Positions 48,179-61,253 of a stretch of 64,000 nucleotides of DNA are shown in pieces. The position numbers were made by a program, and so were the translations under genes. Below the pieces are notes generated by a model that saw nothing but the letters and a program-made list of their open reading frames with translations, made no database searches and was not told the origin of the DNA. The stretch comes from Oopsacas minuta (Eukaryota; Animalia; Porifera): NCBI GenBank assembly GCA_024704765.1, contig JAKMXF010000314.1:62001-126000 (forward strand), given 5' to 3'. Every line of letters starts with the position of its first letter. The first letter of the stretch is position 1.

Positions 48179-49311
48179 AATTTCTTATCTATTTTTTAAT
48201 GTCTCCTTGTCTGTGGCCGTTCGGGGTCCGTTAGCTCTCGCGTGTCTGTTAAATTACGATTCATTGTACGTGTTCATTTATGTTGCAGCTTAGAATCAAA
48301 TTTGGTGTGATCGCAATCACATCAAACTGGCTCCAACACTGCACACATAAACAACGCGAGGTTAACGTTAAACGTTTAGCGTTAGGGGGTGGCTGTAAGG
48401 GGAAGGAAGAGGCCACCGTAGCTAACTTGTTTTGTTTCTAGAAATCTAGTGTTTTCCAGGAGTATGCAGCGTGCCAGAGGCTAGCGGTTTTCACCTCCAC
48501 TCTATATGTGTATCAACATTATACCAAGACTCCCGTAACAAATGCATAGTCTACGCTTGCCCAATTGATGAACATATTTCAGTGGTATATTCCTTAAAGC
48601 TTGTTAGGAAGTATAGATAAATGGCAAAGATGAACTCGCCTACAATTCGTACTTAAGATATTCCGAATATTCAGTATCATGCTAATGCTTGCAAAATTTT
48701 TGTTATTGATAGAATATATTGCAATATATAGATTGACATGTTAAATTATATTATTTATTATGAGTTATTAATACAATTATCAAACTCCTACCACCTTCTG
48801 TCCAAGTAATATTATTATAAAATATTTATATATACCTGTCTATTTTTGGCATTTTGGATAATTATACATATTGTAAATTGGTAATACGTAGTGGGAACAT
48901 AGTTTACATGTTATCAAACAAATTCACTACTTTCTAGAATCCAAATCTAAATTGACTTGTTTATTCAGTTACGTATACGTATGGCAAGTCTAAAGTTGAA
49001 TTCATTATGTACATTTAGTGGTAATTACGTAATGAAAGTGTATGGAATTTGTAAAAGTCAAATGACAGAGAAGTAAGATTACTTTAGGGTCAAAATCCCA
49101 CGACCATAATACATTTTGATGCGGGTCAAAATCTTACACATAAATTACATCGTAGGATTTTGCCCCGCACCATGGATATTTCAAAGACCTAGAACTTCTT
49201 GTCTATAACGGCCATTCAAGGCTAGTAGTAACTATTATGTACAGGTAACCGCTATGTAGATGTAGATTACTAATAAAAATATATTCATATACTAAGCGTT
49301 ATAATGAAGCT

Positions 49312-49731
49312 CTAGATATTATGTAAACTGTCATTCATAAACTCTTCGATATCACTATCGTCTTCAAATGACAGGGACATGGGCTCATTGTTGATGACCA
49401 TCGCAACTTCCTTAGGCTCGATTGTAATTTCCAGCTTCTTGATTATTGTGATATACTTTTTCTGGTATCTGATGTATAATAATTCCTTCATGACCACCGG
49501 TGACATTCTCTTTCTCATTTTTGAAAGTAGGTTGCCGGCATGGCAGAACAACCTCTCCACGGCTGCAGAAGATATTGGTGCAGATAAAATTATCTTTGCA
49601 CAGGTTCGCAGACGTGTTAAGACACTGTACCGCCAAAACTGAGTTGGATCCTCCATTGGTACCCGGGTGTCTCTGAATTCTTGGAGCTCTATATCAAGAG
49701 GAGTAACCTTTTGCCTTTTGGCTAGCAACAC
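49312..49731 (-). pseudogene. hAT transposase C-terminal dimerisation-domain fragment
   Basis: ELQEF..DPTQFWR..LRTCAKIILSAPISSAAVERLFCHAGNLLSKMRKRMSP..LLYIR; upstream transposase not traceable. Confidence 0.8.
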
Positions 49732-50942
49732 CAGAATTCACGAGTGAAAGGGATGAATAGCAATAGCAATAATTGCATCATAATTGCATAGTAATTTGTT
49801 ATCTTTCACCAACATAGATCTTGAAAGAATTCAAAAGTTTAGATGAAATCTGGCACTATTCACGACACAACAATTGCTGACATTACAATTATTGGCTACC
49901 TACACGACTTCACCGATCTTACCGATAATAACTAATTTTCCATCATAATCGATTCTCAATTGGGAAATCAAATAATTTCATAATTTGAAATTCATACGGT
50001 ATGAAATAATAATCGTGTGGTGCTGGTTAGTCACATGCAATACACCAGCTTAGCAGATGGGGCTAATTGATGGGGCCGGTAAAAATTTAGATGGGGCGCT
50101 AGCCCCATCTAACTCATGCTAGAGCCGCCACTGAACAACACTAGAAGTGTACTTAGTAATATTGTTAATTTAATCATAACAGCATCCCTATTATTGAATA
50201 TCCCATGGATATCCATATCCACGGCAAGTCTGATAGATATGCTATTGGGATTTTGTATTGCGGACAAGATACTATGCAGCAGATCCATACAAAAGAAAAT
50301 ACATATTCAGAAAATAATACACAGCTTAAATTATTTAGTGGGATATGTTTCATTACTGATATTGTCAAACAAAGAAATGTTTGTTTCATTTCATATTTTT
50401 TGTTGTTTAAGTAAATAAAACAAATTCTATACAAGTAATAGTAATTCTACTCCAGGAGTTTGGGGAAAATTTTGTTTTTGACTGAATAACGAAGCTGTGA
50501 TATACAAAATATCGACGTGATAGGCAAAAATGGATAACGCTTTGGACTCAGCCGACAGGAATTAGCAATGCAACTTGTATGGTTTGTGTAAATGCTGTCG
50601 CCCAGTATTATCAATATATATGATTTTGTCGGTATACAATAAATGCAACACGGTAATTCCTTGAGTAAGAGCCCGGGCGCATATTCTTTTCGTGGTGATA
50701 ATTTCATATAAATTCTTTACAATTTTTTAAAACATAAATGATTCTAGGGAAACAAATTATAGTTTGTTGACAGTCAAATGAGCAGTAAATTGTATAAAAA
50801 CAAAGAAGAATTTTAGAGGGTGAGGATAATTTCTATTCAAAAGGCTTTTCCATGCCTACGACGCTCATCGAAAGAAATATGGTATATCAAATTGGATAAA
50901 TCGTTTCCTGAAGGGATTTCCTGAAGCTTTTTTGGTGATTTG

Positions 50943-51454
50943 CTAGGGTGTGACCCGTAAAACCCGTGGTCCGTGGCCCGCTATCAAAGCCCGCGACCCG
51001 CGGCCCGCTTATTTATTCCACCAGTCCGTGATTTAGGAAATTTGTTTATTTTATGGCACTGTTGGCTGAATTCGTAAATGTATTCTCAAAGAATTGAGAA
51101 TTCCTATAAATTCCGCGTTATAAGATGCGGGAAATCGTGTGCGCAAATAGTATATATATGAAACTTTATATATATGCAACACTTTGATTGTTTCATTAGT
51201 TACAGATAACACTGACATGATTCTAACTCTCTATGAGGATTATTAGATTAAACGAAAATAACATTTATAATACTTGTGATACTTACATATACTAAAATAG
51301 TAATAATTTCATGACGTAATTCTATAACTAAAGTATATTCATCATCTGTATAATTGTTCTTTTTGACTCTTTCCAGCCCGTTTTGTGCCGCGGCCCGTGG
51401 AAAAAAGCCCGCAGCCCGTGATTTACAATAAAGCCCGCACGGGTCGCACCCTAG
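50943..51454. mobile_element. hAT-type MITE, 512 bp
   Basis: TIR CTAGGGTGTGACCCG / CGGGTCGCACCCTAG; perfect 8-bp TSD GTGATTTG; many subterminal GCCCG motifs. Confidence 0.88.
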
Positions 51455-52779
51455 GTGATTTGGAGTGAATAAAGTATGAGTAATTCTTTGACAAACCATC
51501 CAATGAGTTCACCAAAATATGGCCGATTGGCTTGAAACTTTACCCACTGCAAAAGTCCGTTACGATTCTATAGCATCCTGAAAGATATAACTTATCAATA
51601 TGATAGTTTCCAAGAAAATTAAATACTGATTTTCCTAAATTTCTCAATGAAATTCCAAAATCAGAAATTATAAAACTCCTCTCTAACAAAGTATTAATAT
51701 CTTTAGTTTACAAGTGATAATTGACTTAGAATTAATAATTAGGTGAATTACGAAATTAGCATAATTTTCAAAAATCTTTAGGTTGAACTTGGTTCAGCCA
51801 CAGTTTAACTTTATGAGATGTATTACATCGCTGCAAATATTGATAGGGATGGATCTAACAGGATACCTGCTCTAGGGTATATTTCAATATGATACAAAAT
51901 TCCGAGGTCATCACTTCCCTCTGAGTTCTAAATAACTATTTCAGATTGACTCGCCTATAATTGGTAATGTGATATATATCATTGTGATTCTTCATAGTTA
52001 ACAGATCAAGGCTGGGGTTTTTACATTAGTAATGGAAAGGCACAGTAATTTTACACTTCGATAAACCAATCCCAGCAAAAAAACCGAGATTTTAGCATCT
52101 TTTTGACGCCATAAGATCACACATTTACTCGACAGTGTTGGGTTATTAGAAAATGCAGAGACGAAGCCCCACAATGTTTTAGAAAGAAATGTATAATAAT
52201 TTGGCCCCTGCCCGATTTTAACTAAACCCACTGCACTAATTGGGAATAAATTACAAAATTTCCACATAAATTTTCTATTATTACATTGCCAATGTGCTCC
52301 AAAATTTCATTTCAATTAAATTTGAAATGTATTGTTAATATTTGCGACTGAAACTGGGATCATTCATAAAATCAATTTTCTAAAGCCGGATCAAAAATGC
52401 CCCAAATGACTGTGTCATGACATAGAAATATCCAAAATTAATCCACTATAACAGATCACGGTTGAAGCAATACGCTCCTAATGAAAAGGAACACAATTTT
52501 TTTATCACCTTGTTTTAACCAATTTCTGGACATAAACATGATTTTAGCAATATTTGAAGTTATAAAATCACACATGATTTCCGGACCGCGTTTGGTTAAC
52601 AATATACTAAACCGGTGGATATCGAACATAGAGAGCTTAAAATCAGGAACTCTACGCTCAGATTTATCCCTGAAAACAAGTCGAAACTTATCTCTAGTAC
52701 GTTTTGAAATCTACCTGGAAATGTGTGAAATATAAATAATCGCAAAAGGTGTGAGGTGTAAAACTCACTTTAGAAAAAA

Positions 52780-52930
52780 TTGAACCCCAAGGTGGAAATC
52801 TCTGACAGAAATGTACTTGTGTACCGATTTATTGGTCAATCGGGCTATAAAATTTCGGATGGCAGCGCGGACAGACGGACATATGCATGTCGTACATTTT
52901 CCATGACATTAAGAACATCTCCCAATAGGA
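52780..52930 (+). repeat. DINE-1/Helentron-like fragment (tentative)
   Basis: GGTCAATCGG..AAAATTTCGG..GGACAGACGGAC microsatellite seed typical of these elements; ends not defined. Confidence 0.35.
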
Positions 52931-53584
52931 GTTGCACTAATAATCAGATATGTTAAAGATTGAGAGACATAATTAATAACTAAACAAACTATTACCAAAC
53001 ATAACACAGTGACTTTAAATGGCTATCCGTAGGCTTTAGGGTCTTGGGTACACTTAAAGTGCATAAAATGTGTTATATATCTATGGGTTATTGCATAAAA
53101 CTAGTTGATTAACAGCAAAATATTTTTTGGTATGGAATATATATTTGAGTTATGACGACGTAATCACAATTTGCAAAACAAATAAACTAGCGCAAATCTA
53201 TTTTAGTTTGGAATCAGGGGGATACAATCCGTTATTCACTAATTAGCTAATCACTATTTAAAGTAGATTGACCAGATTGAATATTGTATATGGCTTCTAT
53301 TTTTTGTTATGGTGACGTGAGCAAATAATACAAGTTAAATTCCAGAAATATCTGTGTTATCTGAGTTATTTAAATAAAGTGTTCACACTAAAATCATCCA
53401 CAAAGGGATAAAGTGTTTAGATTATCAATTTAGCGTTCTTTTTGCTGTATTATTACGGCAATGGCAATTTTATCTAAGAAACGACTATAATTGAAATTGT
53501 AAATTTGTCCGGTAACTTGGACGTTTCGCGTGATCTTAATAACCAACGGTCAATTTCCCGTTAAATATATTTTAAACAGTTGTA

Positions 53585-53817
53585 GCTTTATTGCGTTCCA
53601 AATGTTTCGTCCTGTCATAGACTCCTCAGTTGCCTCGCCTTTTAGCTAATACACATCAAATGGATCAGTGTTATTGAATGTTTACGCCACTGGGGATATA
53701 CCGTTGCGGGTCGCGTTCCCATTATCTGGGCTCGCCATGATTGGGATAACGTAGCCTGAATAGCCTCGGACAGAGGTCCCCACAAAGTTCGATGTACCTG
53801 CCTTTGAGCGCTGTCGA
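53585..53817 (-). repeat. GC-rich non-coding repeat carrying a hammerhead ribozyme (copy 2)
   Basis: Diverged reverse-complement homolog of 47949-48178. Confidence 0.75.
53602..53654 (-). ncRNA. Type III hammerhead ribozyme, predicted cleavage after minus-strand A53650 (GUA triplet); stem I imperfect
   Basis: Minus strand GTGT-A-TTAGCTAAAAGGCGAGGCAA-CTGAGGA-GTCT-atgaca-GGAC-GAA-ACAT; same 53-nt length as copy 1; A-U to G-C compensatory pair in stem III. Confidence 0.65.
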
Positions 53818-53904
53818 AAACTATTTCTATGGAAGTTGAAGAATGAATGCAAGACGCTATTCAAATATTAACGAATTAAATAAAAAGTCTTGATCGTTAG
53901 TCTA

Positions 53905-55209
53905 CAGAGGCCAATAAGTTCTGGGACATAACTTTATATCGTACCAAAATCTTTCATGATTTAGATTGATTGACGTTACTGGTTTGTATTTATTCTGTTA
54001 TCTCTCGCTATACAATATTTATTGAAAAATACACTATTTGAAAACCAAAAACAAATTATCAGCTATGGAGAAAGAATAGTCGGCGATTGTTGAATTATTT
54101 CAAAAAAGGAAAAACAGAAGGAAATAATGAAACTTTAAAAAATTACCCAGACACGTCGGAATTTCGTAATCCGTACGATAAAACGTTTCAATGAGACTGG
54201 TAATGTGATCAGGACAGAGCCAGAACTGGTCGCCCGGTCTCCATCACGACCGTAAAGATGCGAAAGGTAGTGCGGAGTCGAGTGTGGGGAAATCCCCAGC
54301 GATCGATCAGAAAAATGCTAAAGAACTGAAAATATCCCGTGGATCTCTTCAAACGATTGTCAAGAGAGATTTAGGGCTATCTTAGTTTAAGAGAAGGAAA
54401 GTCCATTCCTTTCAGACAAAATAAAGACAAAGAGGCTCTCAAAAAGCAAAGTCCTCCATACACGACTCGGAGCCCAGGGGCTGGATCAAGTCCTTTTCTC
54501 TGATGAAAATTTTTCAGCATTGAACAAGCATTCAATCTTCAAAACGATAGAATATTATCTAAATCACTTCTACTATCCCTGATGAGTATAGGTACGTCAA
54601 AAGGGTCCAGAAACCACTCTCGTTGATGGTTTGGGCGGAGTATCTTCTGTTGGCCGGACACCACTGGTTTTCGTCCCTGCAGGGGTCAAAATCAATGTTG
54701 CAAAGTAAAAGGAGCTCATTTTACAGCCCATTGTGAAAGATCTTGGTGAGATGATGTTTGAAAACCAGCCGTTTATATTCCAACAAGACGGTGCTCCTGT
54801 CCATACAGCAAACAGTACTCCGGAATGGCTTCAGACAAATATTCCTGACTTTATCTCAAAGGTAGAATGGCCGCCATCTAGCCCAGACCTCAACCCTCTA
54901 GATTTCTCAGTGTGGTCCATTTTAGAGTCAAGTGCTTGCTCGAAGTCCCATAACAGTATTGAGTCTCTAAAGCAATCTCTGACGAGAGAATGGGCAAAAA
55001 TCCCACAGAGATGCTGCATACCGTAGTGTGGACAGTCCCCGGGCGTTTGAAGGCTGTTATCAAAAAGGAATGCGGATACATAGAATAGAGATTGTGCACA
55101 ATAAAACTCATAATGCCTAACTACTCATGCTAAAACATCAACTCAATATAATGAATATTGATTAAATTATAATAGTTTTTCTATGTGTCAGAACTTATTG
55201 GCCACCCTG
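53905..55209 (+). mobile_element. Tc1/mariner maT-type (DD37D) transposon with a decayed transposase (54065-55088)
   Basis: TIR CAG(A/GGT)GGCCAATAAGTTCTG with TA flanks; LFSDE, FQQDGAPVH, and WPPSSPDLNPLDF with 37 residues between the second and third D; many frameshifts. Confidence 0.92.
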
Positions 55210-56186
55210 TAGTGAAGCAAATTTGTGCTTTTCAGCCTGTAGGTGTGTCCGATTCCTCTACATTCCTTACACTTAAGAACATTACAAAACCTATCAGATT
55301 TGGACAGACGGTTCTTTCCACTTAATGAAGTAACACGTTCAGACTTCAATTAGCTGAATCTCCGAATTTAGGAGAATTCGCCATTTGAAAGAACAAGATC
55401 TGGATGAAGGAATCGACTACCGTTGTAATTGATGATTTTAAGTGAAGAACATCAAGTGCTTCCTGGTTTTTCATTTAGAATGCGAAATAGTTGTGAAATT
55501 TAGTAAATTAAGTAGTATAATAAGAATTGCTTAAATTCTGAAATTCTTAAAATAAAGGGGTCGCTCAATTAAAAATACTTGGTGTTCATTTGGGGAAGGT
55601 TGGGGGAGGCTGGATTTAGTTCCAAATCACCAATAATATTATGACATAACCCTAAACTTGATATTAACTGGCCACGATTGGCCACAGTGAGTTTTCGGGG
55701 TAAGTAGAGCAAGGTATTATGTGCTCGGACACATTATGTGATGCTAAAATTAACTGAACCATGGAGAAATATTCAAAGCGAAACGTTCAGTCCGATTCAT
55801 AATTGAGAAGTTTATATTCTGGACTAATAATAGGTTAAAACCCTGAGCTGTCATCCACATGATTATTTTTTGATAGCTAGAATTATGTGCCCATGTATAA
55901 TTATATGATAGAGGTGAATAAGAATTCAATTATAGCTATCCACTAAGTATGACATTTGATTACAAAGCAAAAGGAATTTGTTCAAGAAAATTATGATTCC
56001 CAGGTTTCAGACTATGCTGAATCAATGGTAACATTTTCGAAACCTTATGGGGAGATGAAAAATTGCTCTAAAGCCTATGGTGAAGCCACTGTGCATTAAC
56101 ACCACAGAATTCTAAAAGACAAAATAAACCAATTCAAATTTACTCTCTGAGTGCATATAACGAAATAGTATTCATTAAAGAGTAAC

Positions 56187-56405
56187 CTCGATTACTTGTT
56201 CCTTTGAAATTAGTGTATCGAGAATGATTACTTTCTTTGTCTTGTCAGATAACTTTCCAATCATATACTGATCATCTACCCACCAAGGCTTACCAAAATT
56301 CCCTGCCCAATCAGTTCTTGGTCCTTGAGGAGGAATGTGGATAAATCTACCAACAGGAGTGTAGGGTACATTACAACCAGTGATTGGATCAACATGTGTC
56401 CGTAT
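56187..56405 (-). CDS. CYB5D1: Cytochrome b5 domain-containing protein 1, internal coding exon
   Basis: Acceptor TTTTTCCTCCTAG and donor GTTACT; [73 protein letters not shown] matches CYB5D1 (IRKHIDPLTGC..TPRGRFVHVPP..DW..FGKPWW..GRLS.KTR); phase 0 join to the exon at 41482. Confidence 0.92.
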
Positions 56406-59400
56406 CTAGGAGGAAAAATATTATCTAAGCAATGATCGATATATGTAGAATCGAACCGATGTTAAATAACGGATATGGGTACCAATATATTAATTAGGAA
56501 AATTTAAATTTCATCAAAGGTTCTATAAACAATAATTATTCAGGACCGATGCCGCCAATTAAATCTTGTGGGTGTCAATTATAATAGAATGTAGGTGACT
56601 AAACAACCTTTACCATAGAGGATAATGCAAGGTTTTCATCACAGTAGGTATCCGGGTACCCAGGACAAAATATGCTTCTCTAAAAAATTTAATAACTTAG
56701 GTATTAAATTTTAATTATCTTGAAAGTTGACAATTAGGCGGATTAAACATCATAGTAGATACATTTTCAGAATGTTTGGGCACAATTTTCTAAGAAAAAA
56801 TTTAGGTTGAAGATGGTAAAGCTTAAGCTAGACTTTTGCGAGATTTAGCATAACGTGCAGAGGATTGATAAGGGATGGTTATAACTAATTATGATTCTTG
56901 GTATCTCAAATTGTTAAAGGACAAGTACTATTATCTATAACTTCTTATCTATATTTTAATGATTTATCATGTGTGTGTAGTATACTCATTAATTTTCAAA
57001 TTAAAAAGTAATTGATATCAAGACCAGAAGAAAAATAATATTTAGAAACTTCATTTGTTGTTATATACAACAGTAGTAATCTTTCTGGAATACTAGAATA
57101 CATTTTTATGCAAGTGTGGGTAAACCGGATAAATTCTAAGGACAGCGAAAAAAGATAAAGCGGACTAGACTCTATATTCCTATAGGATGCATTAGTTGCC
57201 CCTTTGCTGGAAACAAACTTCGCTTAACACTAAATATGCTATCTATGGAACTTTGATTCATCATGGGTATATTGAATGGAATCCACAGAGATAGTGTTAC
57301 AGTAGTTGGAATTTGAAAATACACAGTATTTTTCGCTCTTGGTCCAGTTTCACACAAATTTGTGAACAAAGTAGTTTAATTGAACCTTAGCTAGATATCT
57401 GAAAAATTCGATTTGAGACTTTGGAGGTGCCTTCAATCTTGCAAAAGTACTTGATACTAAACAATCTGATACTTTTAGAAGAATTTAGTAAAAAGGGTTG
57501 TGATCGGCGGTGATATGATAAATATCACTTGTTGAAACGATTTTCAATAGGAAAGTTAAACAGTACATGATTTGTTATCAAATTTATTATTAATCGACAT
57601 CAAAACTTCAAACTATTGAAACACAAGTTTTCAGGATCTCTTAACAAGATCGAAATAAATTATTCAGTAAATTTAGACAAAATCAGACAAAAAGCAATAA
57701 AAATCCAGAATAACAAATTAATTTACAGTACCACTCAGTCTATGTGGATATCAATCAAATTTACAAGATGAGTCAATACCGTGTAGATAACATGCGTATT
57801 TGGTTGCAAGCGATAAATGTTTTTCACAAAAGCGGCAACCGATACACACTAATCCATTGCAAACGAGATATGTACCAAAAATTTTAATATGTGGAATATC
57901 GACGATTAGAAATTAGCAATTTTCTCGAAAATTCAACATAAATTTAAGCCCCAGTCACGGAGATCTAAACCATTCTATAAATGAATCAATATATATCTAA
58001 GAATTTTTCAGATAACAAACGATCAGGTATTCATGTTAAATACAGTAGACTCCGATTAATAGAGCCAGAGTTAATTGGGTCACTTGGCCAGAAACAGAAA
58101 CTTAGAAATAGTTATAATAATCATTTCTGTTGATCGGGAAAACTTCCACATTCCGGTTAATCAAGCCAGTTGTACATGTATGAAATCCAACAAAAATTGA
58201 GGAACAGCAGAAGTCGCAGAAAATTCTGGAATGGAATGTTGTTACATCCATTGCATATTCCTGATTTGCTATGTCAAAACAAATCTCCAAATATGGTCAT
58301 GTCACCCATACAATTGACGGAAATTTGATACTGAGTATGAATCTGGAGGAGAAAAGTGATAAGATTTGAAAAGGTCAGCCCTGGGGTATGTTTCGTGGAA
58401 TTAGCAGACTACAAGTCAGATATATAAGAGAGATGTCCCCATCCTAATATTGTCCAGGAGCCTTGAACGTACACGTGTGCCAATTTTTAAGCATGTATCC
58501 ATTTTTAAACAATATCAAGCTCATACCACCTGACTAGAAGAGAAAATATATAGTACTACAAAGCCCTCCTAGATATAAAAATGTTCAAAGGGACAGATGG
58601 TAACCATATGAAATTTTCTATACAGTGAAATGTAACTATAAACATAAATTTATCATAAAGTGAAAGTTCAAAATATCCATATTTTTTTCCTAAGTCATAG
58701 ATGTAGTTTACTTCCAGAGTTGGTCTCAATTCGAGTACTTGCTAACAGTCAGAACAAGAAACTCAGTATTCACTTTGTATTATTTTTAATTCTCCATGTG
58801 GAAAAATAAGCTAGAACAATATAAATGAAGCAGTTAGAATATCAAGAATCCTGTAGGAAATATAAGAATATATACTAACCGACCAAAGAAAGTTGGACAC
58901 AACTAACTATACATTTAGAAATCGTGGAAATATAACAAATATCCGAATATGCATACGATAATACTCTGCGTGGACGTGAACAGAAGTATTCATCCAGTGC
59001 TAAAATATTTATACAAATAGTACGAATCTCGTATATCCTTGAGGGGACAGTATATTACTACTGTAGGATACATTATATCTCATGTCTTATTTGCATTCTA
59101 AGTATTTGAAACCTCAGTATACAGACTTCATATTTAGATACTTAATTACAAGGGTGAAAAATTTCAAACCATGACACAATGTGCACTTTATACAATTTTC
59201 AACAATTATATATACGGTGATAGGTTTCATCACTAAGTGACACAGGGCTGCAAATTTTTTAAGTTATTTGTGAATATTTTATAAAATTCTTAGAAACTCT
59301 TTTATCAGCATATGTAGATTGCGAATTTTATACCAAATAGCCGTTGAATAATAATCTTTCACTGTATTGGGTCAAGAATAGACCCACTATTGTACTAGAA

Positions 59401-59608
59401 ATTTTAATATGGATGATTACTAATGTCTGTGCAGGGTATATCTAAAATAACTATTCGACGATGTCAATTAATATCGTCCCATTTAAATTGGTGAATAATT
59501 TTTAATTTGATAATTTCTAGCCACACTTTGGCCATTAAATAAGTAATGAGCTACAAATATTCAATTATACATTGCATAGAATTCAAAAGAGATGAAACAA
59601 TTCTGATA

Positions 59609-59783
59609 CAGTGAAATCTGCATTAACCAGCAATCGTTGGGATATGCAAGTTTTGTAAGTTTAGCTAATTGTCGGATAATGCTGCTGAATTTGCTTTGTC
59701 GGAAACTATTTCAAATTAGAAACACTGTCTAATTATAAAGGTCTTCTGGATTATACAGGTGTCGGTTTGTGCAGGTTTGCGCT
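59609..59783. mobile_element. pogo/Tigger-like MITE (degenerate)
   Basis: TA-CAGTGAAATCTGCA at the left and an imperfect inverted TGCAGGTTTGCGCTA-TA at the right. Confidence 0.4.
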
Positions 59784-60768
59784 ATAGCATATTCGAATTT
59801 TACGGATGTGTATTACCTCAGAATGAAATTACGAATTGTTGAGGGCAATCTTGTTGTTTGAATTACATTTTAATATTTATGGCACATGTAGCAGAAGCTG
59901 AACATATCAAATATGTGCCCCCAACATCGTAATTGAATAAACAATGTGCCAAAAATCGACTTTATCTCTAGAAACATTTGCAAGTCAGTCTAGAGAATCT
60001 CAAAGAATTTCATGCAGTATTCCATTCTGGAGCCAATATTCTATTGATATGCAACTTCTGTCACTTGTGGCAGCCATATGAACTGCAAATATTTGATCTA
60101 AACAAGTCGTAATATTCATACTGAGGTAATAGAGACCAGATAATTCAATTATGGTATCAAATTTTCGCATTAACTCAAAAAGAGATGCATCTGTAATGCA
60201 TTGTCACCTTTTTGGGATTGTCGAAGAAAACACATTATTATTTGCGACTGCTCACCCCATAAACATGATGGTTATAAATAACCAAATGTCGTCAACGTCA
60301 TAATATTGACCAAATAGAAACCCGTTATGGATGGATAACGTCATCATGACTAGCAAAAACTCAAAACTGGAATTTAATGTTGAAATTCGACATTTTGTCA
60401 AGCATAGTAATATGCTTGTTTCCCATTCCCGCCACAACCAATTTGGACCCCAGTCCGAGAATATGATACATAAAATAAATTTGTGGATAATTCCAAGGTT
60501 AAAGATTGTATAATGTACTATTACAATTTTATTACTGAAATATTCAATATTTTCATGCCCTCAGAGAATGTGATGAAATGAACGAATCATTTTTTTAATA
60601 CCACCTTGGCTAATACTAATCTTAAGAAAATACCCTCCTGTATCCCAGTTTCCGTGAAAATTCAGTAAGAGGAAGAAGAAATTTCGTTAATATGATATTT
60701 GGCAAATAATTCGAGATAAATATCGGAACTATCATACCTCCAAATGAATTGCACAAAATGACATAATA

Positions 60769-61235
60769 CAGTAGAGTTCGTCTATTAGCAAGTTTTTTAG
60801 GGTCACAATGGTCCAAATTGCATTATTTATGTTCCCTTATTAGCAAATTCGCCTTTGAGCAAGTTTTCTCATGAAAACACTACTTTCTATAACATAATGA
60901 GGGAACCACTAGTCCTATATAAACAAAAACTTGCTATAATGAAAATTTTCTGTAGTATAGAGTAAAGTAAATTTAGATTTTCCAATTTAGAGGAAACTGT
61001 GGTTGCTTTTGAATTTGGTAGAAAGCATTCTCGTAGGTATTACATGAACTGTATGTATCAATTTAAAAGGTTTCTGTATGCCTTCGAAAAGTTATCTTAA
61101 GTTTACCTATAAGTGTATTTATCACATACACTTATGTACAAGTACAAACAACAATAGTATTTTCGAATTGAATGAGTTGATCTATTAGCAAAATTTTCGT
61201 GCAAAACGTGGCTTGCTAATAAGCGAACACCACTG
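60769..61235. mobile_element. pogo/Tigger-like MITE
   Basis: TIR CAGTAGAGTTCGTCTATTAGCAAG / CTTGCTAATAAGCGAACACCACTG with TA on both flanks. Confidence 0.75.
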
Positions 61236-61253
61236 TAACTCACTTATATAGAC

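Noticed and set aside
47982-48293. 103-aa ORF with a homologous 60-aa ORF at 53682-53864
   Set aside because: Differences between copies are mostly non-synonymous and the frame overlaps the ribozyme; conservation is better explained by RNA structure.
50116-50707. Hydrophobic short ORFs resembling a membrane protein
   Set aside because: No recognisable motifs or splice structure; AT-rich DNA gives such translations by chance.
55225-55460. Minus-strand CKECRGIGH zinc-knuckle-like fragment
   Set aside because: Too short and interrupted by stops; no associated gag or transposase context found.
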